NCBI RefSeq assembly: GCF_006345805.1
Contig: NC_043008.1
Span: 1,426,001 to 1,490,000 of the forward strand
Length of the DNA: 64,000 nucleotides
Direction: 5' to 3'
From: Octopus sinensis
Lineage: Eukaryota
This document shows, in pieces, positions 27,063 to 41,318 of the stretch (within the stretch, counting starts at the first letter, position 1; every line of letters begins with the position of its first letter). Below the pieces are notes generated by a model. That model saw only the letters and a program-made list of their open reading frames with translations. It did not search any database and had not been told where the DNA came from. The position numbers and the translations under genes were made by a program.

Positions 27063-30000
27063 CATATCGCTATCACGTGATTTACGCTATGAAATCTTCT
27101 ATAATATATAGACCTAATATACTGTTCTGTCTTATGGAGTAGAATATGGATACTTAAACAGAAATGGTAATGACCGCAATATTGTATCCGTTATTTAGAT
27201 ATATATTGATCGATATACATTTAATTATTCACCATGTAAATAAGTAATGCATGTAAAACATAATTGCATCTCTCGCTTCCTCTCTCTTTCCTTCTCTCTC
27301 TCTCTCTCTAAATGCGAAAATATGATTTAGATTTATGCGAAAAGAACTTTCTTAATGCAGAGAACCACAATGTATCACAACCTATATTAATTTAGTCCAG
27401 AGTTTCGGAAGCTTTCGCTTAACTAGATTCCTCACATTCTCCAAAAAAACAGGATATGGCTTGTCGGTTGGAAAAGCCAAAGGTATATTGGAATTCCACA
27501 TGCGATGAGCGTGGTATGATGCTGCATATGATTTGTTAAAAGAATTTAGTATATGCTTACAGTGAAGTTTTACTATACAATGAAATTTCAATTCCTCTTT
27601 GAAAATCCTGACTTGTACGATTTATTTCTCATAAATATGGACTGAACATGTATTGTGATGTTATGATCAATATTGATGCGTAAAAGTTAGTTTTGCGTTA
27701 ATAATGGCATCACAGTTTTATCTGCCACAGATTATTTAATAGATAGATTATATTGAAGTCATTGAATATACTTATAATTACATTGCCTTTTGTATATTTA
27801 GTTACAGTTCTAAAATAGATTTATTTCTTGCCTGGAGACCGATATTTAACCGTGATATGTTTATTAGATAAAAATAAATGTCTGTTTAATAAATTTTATT
27901 TATGAATTTATGAGCTAGGACACGTGCACCGTGATACAGTGTTACTCAAGCTCTATCGACGTTAGATTCTCTTAAATATATTCAAAATACAAAATGAGCA
28001 ATTTTTGATAAACATATCATCTCTCTTATTCATTGATCTATATAAACATATCACCAGTTTGTACTTCGTGATCTGCGATAAATAAGGCAAGAATATTAAA
28101 TCCTGTGAATAACAAAATGATAACTTGTCAATCGGCAATAAATACATTTCGATTTTTCATTGCAAATCGTATTGACGACATATCTTTATTGCTGAATAGC
28201 ACTCATATCTAATAGAGTATATCTTTACTATCTGTTTATAACTGAGGAGTGCGATCTAACAGATATTTTCCACATTATAGCCTAATTTTTATTAATTCAG
28301 ATAAGGTTTACTGGTTTATGCAGACATCCCTGCCATAAAATGTGATTGCTAAGAAAGAAAAAAAGAGCAGTATATATGCCTTCACCAAAATGACTTTATT
28401 GCTATTCAACAACGCAGATTGAACAAATATACCTTTTAGATACAAATAAATAACAGGATTCTATCGAAGTATTAGCAAATTTCCTCTCTATCACGTATTC
28501 CTTTACTCATTTTTATTTCCATCCAAAATTAACTTTGATTATTATTCAAATAATGATTCCGAATGTATGTGTTCATGCTTCTAAAATATTGCACCTAATA
28601 TCTGTCAGTTTTAAACAATGGTCTTGAATTTAATTGTGTTCTCCGTTAATAACAACGAGATAGCCATCCAGTCCTTCATACAATGACTTGATGGTTAAGA
28701 GCTAAGACCCATGAGTGTACATAAAAAGGATGCTAATATCGCTTATATTGAATAAATGCTGTTCCGGCTTGAAACTCTCCATACACCGGTTTCATTTTAG
28801 GTATAGATTTTATCTCAAAATCTGAAATCGTATAATTTTGTGATAGAAAAACTGATAAGAAATATTTTCATCATTCATTCGTTTAGGAAATCCTATTAAA
28901 TATTGGAGCGGTAGCAAAGACATGGCTTCGGGCTTAATTGACTTCCTTCTTTGCTCATTGCTTCTGTGATTGATCCTTTTGGCTTACCGAGAAGCCCTAC
29001 AAGCTAAGGCTTATGACAGGAGGTCACTTGAAGTAATTGGCTTGGTAAGACATCGAATGGACAATCTTAGTTCTTAGATGCCAAAATTTTCCAGAGTCTA
29101 ATTAAGCACTACGCTCACGGTTCCGATTAGCTTTAACCTGGACTGCTCTGGTAGCCATCGCAAATGAATTCTGGTTTGACTATACCACGTGTATTGGATT
29201 ATTTATAATCTTCATTCAGGAAGGCCATTGAAAACAGCAATGGATGATGCCCTTCCACAACGTATTGAAAAATGGGAAAATATTTTCCTGGATGTTTTGT
29301 TTCGATACTGTGTGCATAATATTTAAAGACAAAATAGACAAAGCTAATGTCATATTTAGTACTGACGTAGAAACATTGTTCATCGTGCATATCTGCATCT
29401 ACCATATATTAGTAATTGTTAAAATCTACTAAATTTTAAAACGTCATACAATGTCATTCGTTCGTCTGACACACATTAACTGAAAGGAGACACGGAATGC
29501 ATAAATCTTAAACGAATGAAAGCATTATCCCCTAATTCTATTCCTATCTCTAACCCACAGTCACGCACGTTTTCACCAACTCAATCACTGCGTTGATAAA
29601 TTGGGACCGATGTCATGATAAACATGTCTTTCAGTTCAATGTTATACACGATATATAATTAAGAAATATATGTGACCTTTAAGATAATGTTCAGGTTTTC
29701 GGAAATTTTCATCTGTTTCATAAACAATAATTTGTAACTGTGCAAACGTGAACATTCACATCTGATTGAAAAAAAAACTGAAACAATCCCAGAATATGCA
29801 GAATATACACCTTTCGTCACAACAATCCACATTCAATTTCCCCTGTGCCAAGACTCGCAAATTCTATTTTCCTTAAATGAGGACTACTCTGTATATTTCG
29901 GAGCATCTTAGTTATTTCTCAAACTCTGGCAGATATAAAAGACGACGCTCTATAATAAGTCTAACTTGGTTACTTGTGTGAAAGAATGAACTACTAATGT

Positions 30001-30491
30001 ATCGTTTAGAACTAAGTACTTATTAGTTTATGATAAAATAATCATTATACACCAAAAATTTACAACTATTTTAATGTAATTTATATTTCACACCAGGAAA
30101 TGAGAAAACTTTTAATGCATTAATCTAATTTGCAATTTGTTTCCCACAATGATTTCAGAAAATATGAAGATGCTATAAAATGTGATTATTAAAACAATAT
30201 GCTTGGAATATAAGTATGGCTGAAGTTCAGAAAATAAACACTGTACAAGTTTATTAAAAATTAATGTAAAATACACTTAACATTACAGGATATTATGCGC
30301 ATTGTACTAATTATTAGAGTTCAGTAGATTGCTTTCAAATCTCAATATAAATTTATTAAGGCATGTTGAAGTAGCTGAGAATATTCATACGATGTCAATG
30401 ATTTGATCAGACATTCTGGCTGAAAAACACTCACCCGCAAGTAGTTTTTCTTAAATATTTACGAGAAGTATTGGTTTCAAATTTTGCTCAA

Positions 30492-30660
30492 AGGGCGTTA
30501 CTCGATTACATCGACCCCGGTGTTCAATTGGAACTTATTTTATCGATCCAGAATTGATAAAAGGCTAAGTCAAATTCGGAAGAATTTTAAATAAGAATGT
30601 AAAAACGGAAAACTGGCGATGCTTTGACCCGCATTTTACCTTATTCAACCACATCACAGC
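30492..30660 (-). mobile_element. Decayed SINE (Nin-like)
   Basis: GATTACATCGACCCCGGTGTTCAATTGGAACTTATTTTATCGATCC. Confidence 0.75.
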
Positions 30661-31311
30661 CTTACAGTGTAAAAACAAAAAGCAATTAAAGAAAGTTAAA
30701 CCTAAACAATTTATAGTGTAGCGCTTTTGCAATTCAAGGAGCTGGTGCATCAATATGCTTTTCTTAGTGCATATCTTTTAAACTTTCCCTTGCAATATAC
30801 GTTGCGTAGATTTTATTTCATGCAGGTAGTTAACTGCAGATAAAAACCAATTCAAACAGGATAGTGATGCATCAATTATGATGTAAGTTCCCATTTCCTT
30901 TGTCCCTACACACATCTATTCACACACCTTTATTTATAGTCCACATTGTTACAGGTTTTAGTCATTAGATCACATTCTGCACATTGAACCAGGTACATTG
31001 CGCGGACTAACTATTGTCTTTTCTTTACTCATACCATGAGATGAAGTCAGTAAAAGATAATGCTTCTGACTTCACAAAGACAGTTCGATATTACGAATGA
31101 GTATATATCCAAACACCATTAACAAACAAAACAGAAGACTATCATAGTAACATTATTTTCCTGCTGTGAATTCAATTCGGCGAGGTGTTACTGATAGTTA
31201 AAACCACCCACTTATGTGAAGATAATCATTTTGTAATGACCAACTCTAACCGGACGTGTCTAAAACACTGTGATAACCAAAATTCTATCATAAAAACAGA
31301 GAAAGTCTTAC

Positions 31312-31387
31312 CATTGTTTTAGCAGCCGTGTGTATAGACGATGCCCATGAGGCCATAGCAATTTCTGACGAGACGCATTGAAGTTGT
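31312..31387 (-). other. Candidate 76-nt internal exon (G)
   Basis: aaaccttcgcag|ACAACTTCAATG...GCTAAAACAATG|gtaaga; open in phase 1->2 (NFNASRQKLLWPHGHRLYTRLLKQ) and phase 2->0 (QLQCVSSEIAMASWASSIHTAAKTM). Confidence 0.4.
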
Positions 31388-32039
31388 CTGCGAAGGTTTA
31401 AATCACAATTTCTTATCATCATATTTCATTTTCTGTGCATATGTTAATTACATAAAATTGAACATTAGATTATGCACTCTTTACCTAATAAATTATATTA
31501 GGCAATCTCCTAGACACAATAGCACACACATACACACACACACACATCTATACATATACCAAACCTGTCGATCTCGAAAGACTAAAGATCAAAGGAATTC
31601 AACACTAGACGTTAGTACATATTTTATAGTTATAAGAATGTTCTATCTCTGTTTTGTAAATTTAATACACTTTATTAAAATTAATTTTTATCAGCCTTTA
31701 TAGCTAATGCACCTCCTACATATTTATAACTTCAGAGAAATTGTTTACCATTAAACACTTTTATGTGAAAAGAAATGGCCGATTTTGTAATCTACAACGA
31801 ACACTTTGTTTTTATATGATACAAGTTCAATGTATAAACATGGTAAATTTTTTAAATCAATAACTTCGATAGGGTGATCAGAGAGGTAAGACAATGTTCG
31901 GATGAGAGACATAACCAAAAGCTATTCGGAACAAACAGTACAGCAATTATAAGAACATGTGACGTTTCGCACGTCAAGCCATAGTAACGTGGTATATATT
32001 TTATTTTATGCATGTTTTTTGTTTGCATTTCTACTTCTT

Positions 32040-32193
32040 GTGTCTGTTATAAGACTGCGGCTATGCTGGGAGGCCATCTTGAAGAATTTTAATAGAATGA
32101 ATCGACCGATATACTCCTTCTTCCAACTTACCTGACCTAAACCGTGGTACTCCGTCGGTCTCCTTTGATAAGCTTTGATGGCGGAGCAATCAT

Positions 32194-32271
<78 letters not shown>

Positions 32272-32410
32272 TGTTCGTATATATACACGACGTGTTTTCA
32301 GTTTACGTCTACCAAATCTACTTACAAGGAATTGATTGACCCAAGGCTATGGCAGAAGTCACTTGTCCCATTTTCATCGCGATGGGACTCAACACGGAAT
32401 TACTTACTAC
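32040..32410 (-). mobile_element. tRNA-derived SINE (CORE-like family) with internal (TA)n
   Basis: TTTCAGTTTACGTCTACCAAATC...CCCAAGGCTATGGCAGAAGTCACTTGTCC; tail ACTGCGGCTATGCTGG; reverse counterpart of 49148-49545. Confidence 0.75.
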
Positions 32411-32977
32411 ACGCGGTAATTTTTGTTTTCTGATTCAATCACATGGCTATGAATTTGAAGGAAGGACCTAAATAAATACAGACCATTGTTAGTGAAAGTA
32501 AGAGACAGACAAATATAGAAATCATGTCATAGGGCAAATTAGAATCCCGTCCAGATTAAATATGGTCGATTACAATATTTTTGTTGGTCAAGGTATACAT
32601 TAAAACATTATCAGGGTATTGAAAAAGCTAAAATAGAGAAATGTCATTCAAAGGGCACATTGACAGTGTACATAAAAATTTCGGTAATATAAAAAAAGCT
32701 ACGATAAAAACCAACTGTTAGTTTTCTCCCTTTAAACTAATATTGTCTCGCTTTATAATTCCCTCATGGAAGTATAAAACTATTTAATATTTAGAATAAT
32801 TTTGGCAACATTTCATTAATAATTTTCATTCTTCAAAACGATTATGGAATAGAATCATAAAATATATCAATAAAACACTTGCATATGCAGAATTATATCA
32901 TTAATGACTCTCTTTAAGAAATCTGTATATGCATCGATTTCTACTATAGGCACTATTTTGGTGGGAGGGTGGCAGTC

Positions 32978-33504
32978 GATTTGATCCACCCCAGTACACA
33001 ACTGGTAATTAATTTATTGACCTCTAAAGGATGAAAGCAAAGTCGACTCCAGCGGCATTTGAACACAGAACGTGAATACAGCCGAAATACTTATTTCTTT
33101 ACTAGCCACAAGGGGCTACACAGAGGGGACAAGCAAGGACAGACAAACGGTGTAAGACGATTACATCGACCCCAGTGCGAAACTGGTATTTATTTAATCA
33201 ACATAGAAAGGATGAAAGGCAAAGTAACCCTCGGCGGAATTTTAAGTCAGAACGTAGCGACCCACGAAATACCTATTTGTTTATTACCCACAAGGGGCTA
33301 AACACAGAGAGGACAAACAAGGAGAGGCAAACAGATAAAGTGGATTACATCGACCCCAGTGCGTAACTGGTACTTAATTTATCGACCCCGAAAGGATGAA
33401 AGGCAAAGTCGACCTCGGCGGAATTTGAACTCAGAACGTAAAGGCAGACGAAATACTGCTACGCATTTCGCCCGGCGCGCTAACGATTCTGCCAGCTCGT
33501 CGCC
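32978..33504 (-). mobile_element. SINE with head-to-tail tandem repetition of ~181-184-bp internal units (3 units)
   Basis: Units start at 32978, 33159 and 33343 (GATTACATCGACCCCAGT-like); only the unit nearest 33504 has the full tRNA-like head with A-box. Confidence 0.85.
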
Positions 33505-33534
33505 TTTTGCCTGAAATATAATGCCTGAAATATA

Positions 33535-33610
33535 GTATACTACTACTATTACTACTACTACTACTACTGCCACCACCACCACCGCCACCACCGCCACCAC
33601 CGCCACTACG

Positions 33611-33678
<68 letters not shown>

Positions 33679-33701
33679 AGCTGCTGCTGCTGCTGCTACT
33701 A
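33535..33701. repeat. Compound (TAC)n/(CAC)n/(GCT)n microsatellite
   Basis: Directly visible. Confidence 0.95.
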
Positions 33702-33775
33702 CAAGTGTGCCTATTTCATTCAATCGCCTGTGTTATGTTTTAAAACTAACCGAATGTCAGAGATTATTGAAAGGA

Positions 33776-33835
33776 CGTCGTTGTTTGCATAGGATAACAC
33801 ATTGTCGTCGTTGTTTGCATAGGATAACACATTGT
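33776..33835. repeat. Perfect 30-bp tandem duplication
   Basis: CGTCGTTGTTTGCATAGGATAACACATTGT twice. Confidence 0.95.
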
Positions 33836-34030
33836 CCTTAGCAATGCTGGTTTAGCATATGGAAGAAGAGAGAGAGACCAAAAGAATCCAGAAATATATT
33901 TAATTTTATAAAATGATACTTGTTTGGAATTTGTTTATATTAGATTTAGAGTATAAGTTTTAAGCCGGTCACTAATTATTATGTGAAGTTAATTGCACAT
34001 TTTCTTAAGCATAAGTTTAGTATCTTGTAT

Positions 34031-34181
34031 TCATGATGTTATGTGTTCATAATTGTGTGTAGAGAGGACGCTGCTTTCCAGCCTCATGGCCCCATGTTCA
34101 TCGGTGCAGTCCCTCTGCGTTGAATTTGTAGCAGAACCCCGAGGCGATGAAGAGCATCGAAGCAGATTTGCTGGTCGAGTG
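34031..34181 (-). other. Candidate terminal coding exon (F)
   Basis: Strong acceptor cgcttttctttcag|CACTCGACC; locally GC-rich; phase 2 gives TRPANLLRCSSSPRGSATNSTQRDCTDEHGAMRLESSVLSTHNYEHITS*, phase 1 gives LDQQICFDALHRLGVLLQIQRRGTAPMNMGP*; no clear donor. Confidence 0.35.
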
Positions 34182-34319
34182 CTGAAAGAAAAGCGTTATA
34201 GGTGTGTATGTACTCTCCAGTTTATAAATTTTGAGGGCTTTCTTCGGGGAAGGATCTGGTTTCTAACAAAGATACTCAGCTCAATCGCTTACATTTGCTA
34301 TATATATATATATGCATAG

Positions 34320-34352
<33 letters not shown>

Positions 34353-34844
34353 AAGAGAGACAGAGGGAGAGATAAGGAGAGTGAGAGAGAAGTACTGAGT
34401 ATGTGAGGAAGAGCAAAATTATCTCAGTATAGATAATACGCAGTAGTGCTCAAACGAATGTGAACTTTAAATTCGGGCCCATGACATAGTTTTGTCTATA
34501 GGAGCAATACACATCGAGCAATTATGATGGTGATAATGTATATAAATACAGTTAGCCTTCAGAATTATATGCACCAAGCACACAAAATATATATTATATA
34601 TTTTTCTGTTTATTTTCATGATTTGTATTTTGTTGGCAGAAGCCTCCTAAGTGCATTTAGCTACCTTACTATGTCTCTCTCTCTCTCTTTCCATTTCTCT
34701 TTATACACGTGTGTGTGTGTCTGCGCGCATGTGTGCATGTGTGTGTTTGTGATTTTGTAGGTCCCTATCACAACTGTGCAACTCTCTAAACAACTCTGTC
34801 ATTTTGCGCACTTTAGGCGCTACATTAAGTGGTTTGAGAGACCG

Positions 34845-34935
34845 AATGAGTATATGTACTGGGGTCAATTCGTCCGAAGAAACCACTTCAAAGCTGCACC
34901 CTATAATGGCCGCAGTTTAACAACTGAAACAAGTA
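34845..34935 (+). mobile_element. SINE 3' tail fragment
   Basis: GTACTGGGGTCAATTCG...ATGGCCGCAGTTTAACAACTGAAACAAGTAA. Confidence 0.7.
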
Positions 34936-35844
34936 ACAGACAAACTATATGTTGTGTTTTGTGGTGTTATAAAGCATGATTACTGGCCTCAGTACAAGTA
35001 TACTACATTTATATAGGAATGTATGTGATCAGCCATGCCCAGATATTTTCTTCTCTTTTCTTGTAAGTTATTGAAAGTTATCGATAATCAGTTCCCGTTG
35101 TTAAGTATGTAATGGTGAGAAATAATAGACCGGATACACTAGAGTATTATTATAAGTTCAGTAATACAATTAAATTTTAAGAGGAAATTCTATTTGAATA
35201 AAATTGAATTATTATTCATTACTAGAGAACAGGTATTTGACTCATTTAATAAAAAAACATTTCTATATTCATCGATATTCTAATGTGCAATAAATTCTTT
35301 GAGTGAGATACTTTTTGAGAGTACGATGACATGCTGACTATTAGGCAGAATTAGTATAATTCTTTACGTTAAACATAACTGATTTCAACCATTAATTGTC
35401 TTCCGAGTAATTATAGTAAATAACAGGAAGCCAAAAGAGAAATAGCATTTCTGCAAAAAAACTTTGAAACGTGTGAACTACATTCTCTCGAATTCTATTT
35501 TCCAAATTTTGTTATGGAAATATTCCTTTTATATTCTAGAAATTACTGAGCCATTTAGAATAATTGTTGTTTCTGAAATCTTAATATACTGACAATACAA
35601 AATTTATAAACCGTATCGGTTTTATTTTCCGATCATGAATATGAGGTATAAAGTTTCCGAATAATAAGATTACCGGGGCTATACAACTTGGAAAAATATG
35701 TGTATCAGGTTATTAAACAAGATGTGTATTCAATAAATGCAAACAATACATACAAACATACAAGCATACACACACACACACACACACATATAAATATGAG
35801 TATGTATACATAACATAAACACATACACACACAAAACTGTATGC

Positions 35845-35914
<70 letters not shown>

Positions 35915-38900
35915 TACTAGCACTGTTATATTCAATAGCGTTGCCTAAACAGGTCTAAAGGTATGATTCTGTAATCTCTCTTTCAACTGTCTTTATAACT
36001 ACGTCGTAATCTTCACAGTATAATGCTCCTCTAGGGGAGAATTAGCGATAAATTTTGAATAACTTCAAACATAGTGTGGAATACATTAATAAAATTTCTA
36101 AACAAGGAGGTGATCAGGCTTTCATCTTCATAATAAATATAACATTTCCCACCTCAACATGTCATGTAATTAATTGCATATTAATTTGCCCAATGGCTTT
36201 CACTGCTAGTCGTAATATATTAAATGAAAGGAAACATTAACAACTATGCACAATCGGTAAGAAAGAAGGAATAAAGCAAGGTATAAGAATAAGTTAATAT
36301 TAGCCAACGAACGAATGAAATGAAAGCAGTATACAATAATAAATGTAACTATAAAACATGTTTAAAATTAACAGTGATGGTAATTAAATATGGGACATAT
36401 TCGTCATGAACGAATTAAGCACAACTCAGTGATAATTGCTGTAATAATTAGCTCATTATAGAACGTTATTTATATTAATTAGGTAATTCGTTCGGAGATA
36501 AAATAGATACATGTATTGCTAGCAATAATGGTCTATGTAGAACTCTGTTTTATAATTACTTGGGATTAAGAAGCGAGATCAACAACACCGATTGTAATTG
36601 AGAGGATGCTCTACAATGAGATCTTCTTAGGTTTATACGATGCGTATATCAAGAAAACTATCGGAAATATATAACTATGATATAACTATATCAATTATAG
36701 ATGCAACAGAAAACTATACTATAACAGTGTTACAACAGTATTTCCTTATATATCCAGTTGGATATCCATATCCATTCTGCATTAATATTATAGATTACAT
36801 CAATTTTTAGACTCCATATTAATTTTCTAAAATTAATAATTATAATAATTCTTGACAAGTAATCCATTTGCTTCTGAAAAGCATGGCTTTATCCAAGAAT
36901 TGCTTTCGGCAAATCTACGTCTAACATTTGCCAATATGTTAATTTATGCATTATTAATTGCTACAGTTCTTTCTGTCACATTTAATCAATAACTCGTGTT
37001 CGGTTCCATATGATAATTGCTTCATAAACCATTACTGTGGTTGTTTTACGCATCGTTGATTCTACTGGTTATCTCACACAATATAATGCATATTTTATCA
37101 TTCCATTGTTTGATGCAGACTTCGACTTCCATATCCCCATAAGCTACCTTTTGTTTTTCTTTTAAAATATTAAAAATGCGTTGCAGAACTAAGAACGAAA
37201 ATATCAAATATAATTTATGCATATTTTATTGCTTTACAATATGTATGATATGCATACAATTCTGAATACTACCATCCGGGAGGTATCGTTTACAACCAAT
37301 CTGTATCAAGTAAAATATATGAATTAATTTATCAGCTTCTGTTAATGAAGGATAGGTTTTGAAGGTTATCTAAACATCAGAAGAGCACGGCAACGCTCAC
37401 ACACACATGAAAACGCATTCCTATGCATGCAATCACAAACAAATGCACATGCGCGCGCAAAGTCACATACTCACATATCTAAAACTGATATAAAGTGATT
37501 GTGGACAAACTTTAAGTATATTTCCATATGTAAATTTAACAAAGTGATATTTAGCCTCAGTTTATAAACACAAGTATTTCTTTGGCTTCCGTTTTATTCC
37601 TAGACGCAGTGAACATCCATACAACTTGTTTTTTTATGTTTTGAGCTGCCATCAATACGCGAAAGGCTAGTCCTAATGTTGTTCTGCCTTTACGGTCTAG
37701 GAGTGGCACTAGATGAACACTCGTGTATGCCAAACTGACTTTGGGTTTAAAGAAATCCAGGGATAAAACAGCGCCAAAATCTCTCAATCGGTGACGATTT
37801 TGCAGGTGAAACGTCTGCTCAGAAACAATTTCGGCATCTATTCGGCATTTCTACACGCCCTGTTTTACAACTGCTAACGTGATCTTGTTTAGAAGAGAGA
37901 AATATTCATTCACCTAGCCTTTTGCCATTTCATCAAGAATTATTTTACAAAAAAGCAGGACATAAATTACAGTTGTTTAATCTATACTGTGGATAACCAG
38001 AAGTGATTCCACTTGTTTCCATATCACCATCTTCACTGATATAACTAAACGACTGTCAGACTGAGTATGGATAATTGTAAGATATGCTTAGTTATGAAAA
38101 TAATCCTGGATATAGATACATGATAACTAGCAAAAGAGACGAACGAAAGCATATCGCCTGTATGACAGAGAAAGCCGACCATATATCCATCAAACATTAC
38201 TGCAGCCGTGGATCTGTGATGAGAGGCTCGCTTCTCAACTATAAACGTCGGGTTCAGTCGCACATGGTGACATCTTCGGTAAAATGCCTTCTCCTATAGT
38301 TTATTGCTGACCAATGCCTTGTGAGTAGATTTGTTTCAGTAACCTGAACGAAACCTGTCACATTTTATTTAAGAAAATATGTACAAGGGTCGATTCATTT
38401 CACTAAAAATTCTTCAAGGTGACGCATCTGCATGGCTGCACTTTAATGATTGAAACAAGTAAAAGCGAAAATATAAAGACAACACCCACTACTTTTACGA
38501 ATTGTATAGCCATATGTTCTTGCTATTTTAAACACATTACATAAACCAGCAAGAACAGTTGACATTTGACAAAGTCTTATCATGCCTCTTTTTAACTTCA
38601 GTCGTAAACATATAAATGTTCTTTCCGAGTTCAGAGTTATAGGTACAGACACATAATTTAATATAACATTTGTATTATGAAGGATTTTTCCTTCATCTGA
38701 AGTGTATAAATTCTATTTTGCAACTCACCACGTTATAATTAGGTGCGTATGTTGATGCTATACAAATACTTATGCAAAACACACAGTCACACACACATAT
38801 ACATATATATAAAAATAACACTTTATATATATATATAGAAAGAGAGAGAGAGAGAGAGAGAGAGAAAAAATATATATATATAGAGAGAGAGGGGGGGAGA

Positions 38901-40254
38901 GACAGATGCCTGTATGTATATATAGCAGATTTTGGAACACGAATGTTAGCAAGATTAAAGAAGCTTGTGAGACGTATTGATCTGGCAATATTTTTTTTAA
39001 TCGCATGTTTACATTTCAGGTGCCATGGCTTATAAACACATTTTCTTTCTATGCATCGAGGCATTTATAACGCACCGTGTGTTACATACGTATCTTCGAG
39101 AATATCTACACGCTTATATGCCAGTATATTATTTTCTATTAATATTGAATTCAATTTTGTACATTGTGCATGGAGTTTATTGTTGTATATATATTAATAT
39201 ATACATTTGTTTCTAGCAAAGCATTTCCGCTTTAATTATGTATTAACAAATTCTTTTCAACGGAAATCTAATATAATGCGCAAAATATACCGATTGAATT
39301 CACTCCCTAATAAATGTTTGAAAGAAAGACCGTACATTCCTGTGGATAAGTATAGGCATATATCTGCTTCATATATGTATATAGGTTAGTGTTATTTTAT
39401 ACACACATATGCACACACGCACACAGACATAAGTTTATATATGTATTTATACTTGAATATATGCATATACGAAACTATTCTCATTTTTTCCGTTATTTCT
39501 CAACTTACTTAAAAATATATCATAATATACACGTCAAGGTTCATTGGTGAACGATTTAATCTCCAACAGTTACATTCGACGCCTATCCATTTCCGTTTTC
39601 ACAATGAAATTATTAAATTCAATTCCAGTATCTGGAGAGATCCCACATTAAAAAAATATTATTACAAATATTATTTCATATATTTGCAAAAATATTCGAA
39701 ATTAGTACTTAAAGACATTACCTGCCGTATTCATTTCTATTAAATGATTTGGTTACAAGGAGTATTTTCTTTCTTTTGTGACTGAGGTTAAAGAGGCTGA
39801 AGACCAGTTCAAATATATTTGTTTGTAAGAGATGTGAACCCGGAAAATACATTTCACTGCAGTTTGTCATTGAGAGGTCATACTCGCTTAATCGAAAAAG
39901 GGCACAGTCCATGTTATACATGTATAATTCTCTATGTATATATATATGTACTTATACATATATGTTGCGTATGTTGCGTGGGGGGTGGGCCATTTAAAAT
40001 AAGGCCAAAAAAATGTTTTTCATCGTTACTACCGGTGGACAGAAGAAAATAAAGGAGTGCATATTTTCGGTAAAATACGCCTCAATTTAAGCAAGCTGTG
40101 TAGTGAATGAGGAACATTTCTCCTGCCATATCCCTGAGCGTGTGTGCTAATCAAGAGCCAAGCTGATTACTCATCACGAGAACCACATGTGTAAAGACTA
40201 AATTTGTGTGCACTATGATCTTAATGCTCATAATGATGATTGACCAGAAATTAT

Positions 40255-40311
<57 letters not shown>

Positions 40312-41189
40312 GTGCACGTGTGCCTGTATATAGGGGAAAGAGGGGAAGGGAGAATCTTACAAATGTAAATGCATGCGCGCACACACGCATACACGTACGT
40401 TCACACACATGCACACACAAAAATATGTGTTGTTGTTGTCACACCTCTATTTTCATATTAAATTGTCATGGAGAAGTATGTTATTCTACAGAGCAGCTAG
40501 CTTCAGAATACATTCCAAGAAATAGCAAGATAGCCTTATGTTCACAGTATATTAGTGAAAATCAAGGAAAGCAAATGGCAGCCTTTTTATGTATAGAAAT
40601 CTAAATGAAATTTGGTGCTTATTGGCATTTCTTTAATATTCTAGTTCAGTGATGTGTAACGCCGTCTAGGCCAACCAACAATCCATAGCAATTTCAGCAT
40701 TCCACGAATTCTTCCGTGGACGACCAGAAAAACTGTACAGCGGAAATTTGCATTGCGTTTCTTCGAAAATTTGAGCATCAATCTTCTAAGTATGATTAAA
40801 TCAGAAATGATATCAACGGGAATGACATCGAATATTAAAGATGAGATAAATAAATACAACTAATGAGATAGAAACTATTTATACATTCTTGGAGAATCAA
40901 CCGTTTGAGTTTTTTTTTAACTAATATATGCGACACACAATCAATATATTAGTTCGTTTCATATGTATGGATTGACTAAAAATAAAGAAATGGTATTGAA
41001 CCAGTACGTGTGTTTATAATTATTGTCGTAATGACTCTCTCCAGACGAGACAAGATATAATGTTTGTGTTTTAGATATAATTTCCAGGATACCAGAGAGA
41101 AAATATACAAGATGTATATTCCTTGAAATATATCGAAATGATAGCAAGGATTCTGATGTTGAATGCAGGGCAGGCCGGATCACAGAGTC

Positions 41190-41318
41190 CAAAGTAGTAT
41201 ATATATAGTGAGAATTTACAAAAAAAATGCAAGTAAAAACGAAGACGAGTGTGTACACAGATGTATTAGTTTAATGCACGGGAAGTGAGAAAGTCTTTTA
41301 CGTTTCGAGCCTACGCTC
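41190..41318 (-). mobile_element. Penelope-like pseudo-LTR fragment with half of a hammerhead motif
   Basis: Minus: GAGCGTAGGCTCGAAACGTAAAAGACTTTCTCACTTCCC...GTAAATTCTCAC then (TA)n. Confidence 0.6.

Noticed and set aside
27382-27591. Minus ORF SYHAHRMWNSNIPLAFPTDKPYP…; another frame vaguely like an SLC7 transporter tail
   Set aside because: Weak acceptor; the similarity is limited to a few hydrophobic residues and ends in a stop.
29211-29330. Plus-strand exon-like RPLKTAMDDALPQRIEKWENIFLDVLFRYCVHNI*
   Set aside because: Acceptor only, no donor, no recognisable family.
31312-31387. PH-domain or kindlin-like reading of exon G (…MASWASSIHTAAKTM)
   Set aside because: Superficial resemblance to a PH C-terminal helix; no neighbouring exon supplies the rest of the domain, so no gene symbol is assigned.
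32978-33504. Regularly spaced repeats resembling a CRISPR array
   Set aside because: Whole ~183-bp units are homologous with no unique spacers; they are SINE-derived, in eukaryotic context, with no cas genes.
37557-37850. ~100-codon minus-strand open frame (…RDFGAVLSLDFFKPKV…)
   Set aside because: No recognisable motif and no convincing splice sites in frame.
40641-40859. Exon-like or ORF segment on either strand
   Set aside because: Plus-strand acceptors mostly lead to stops, and there is no recognisable homology.
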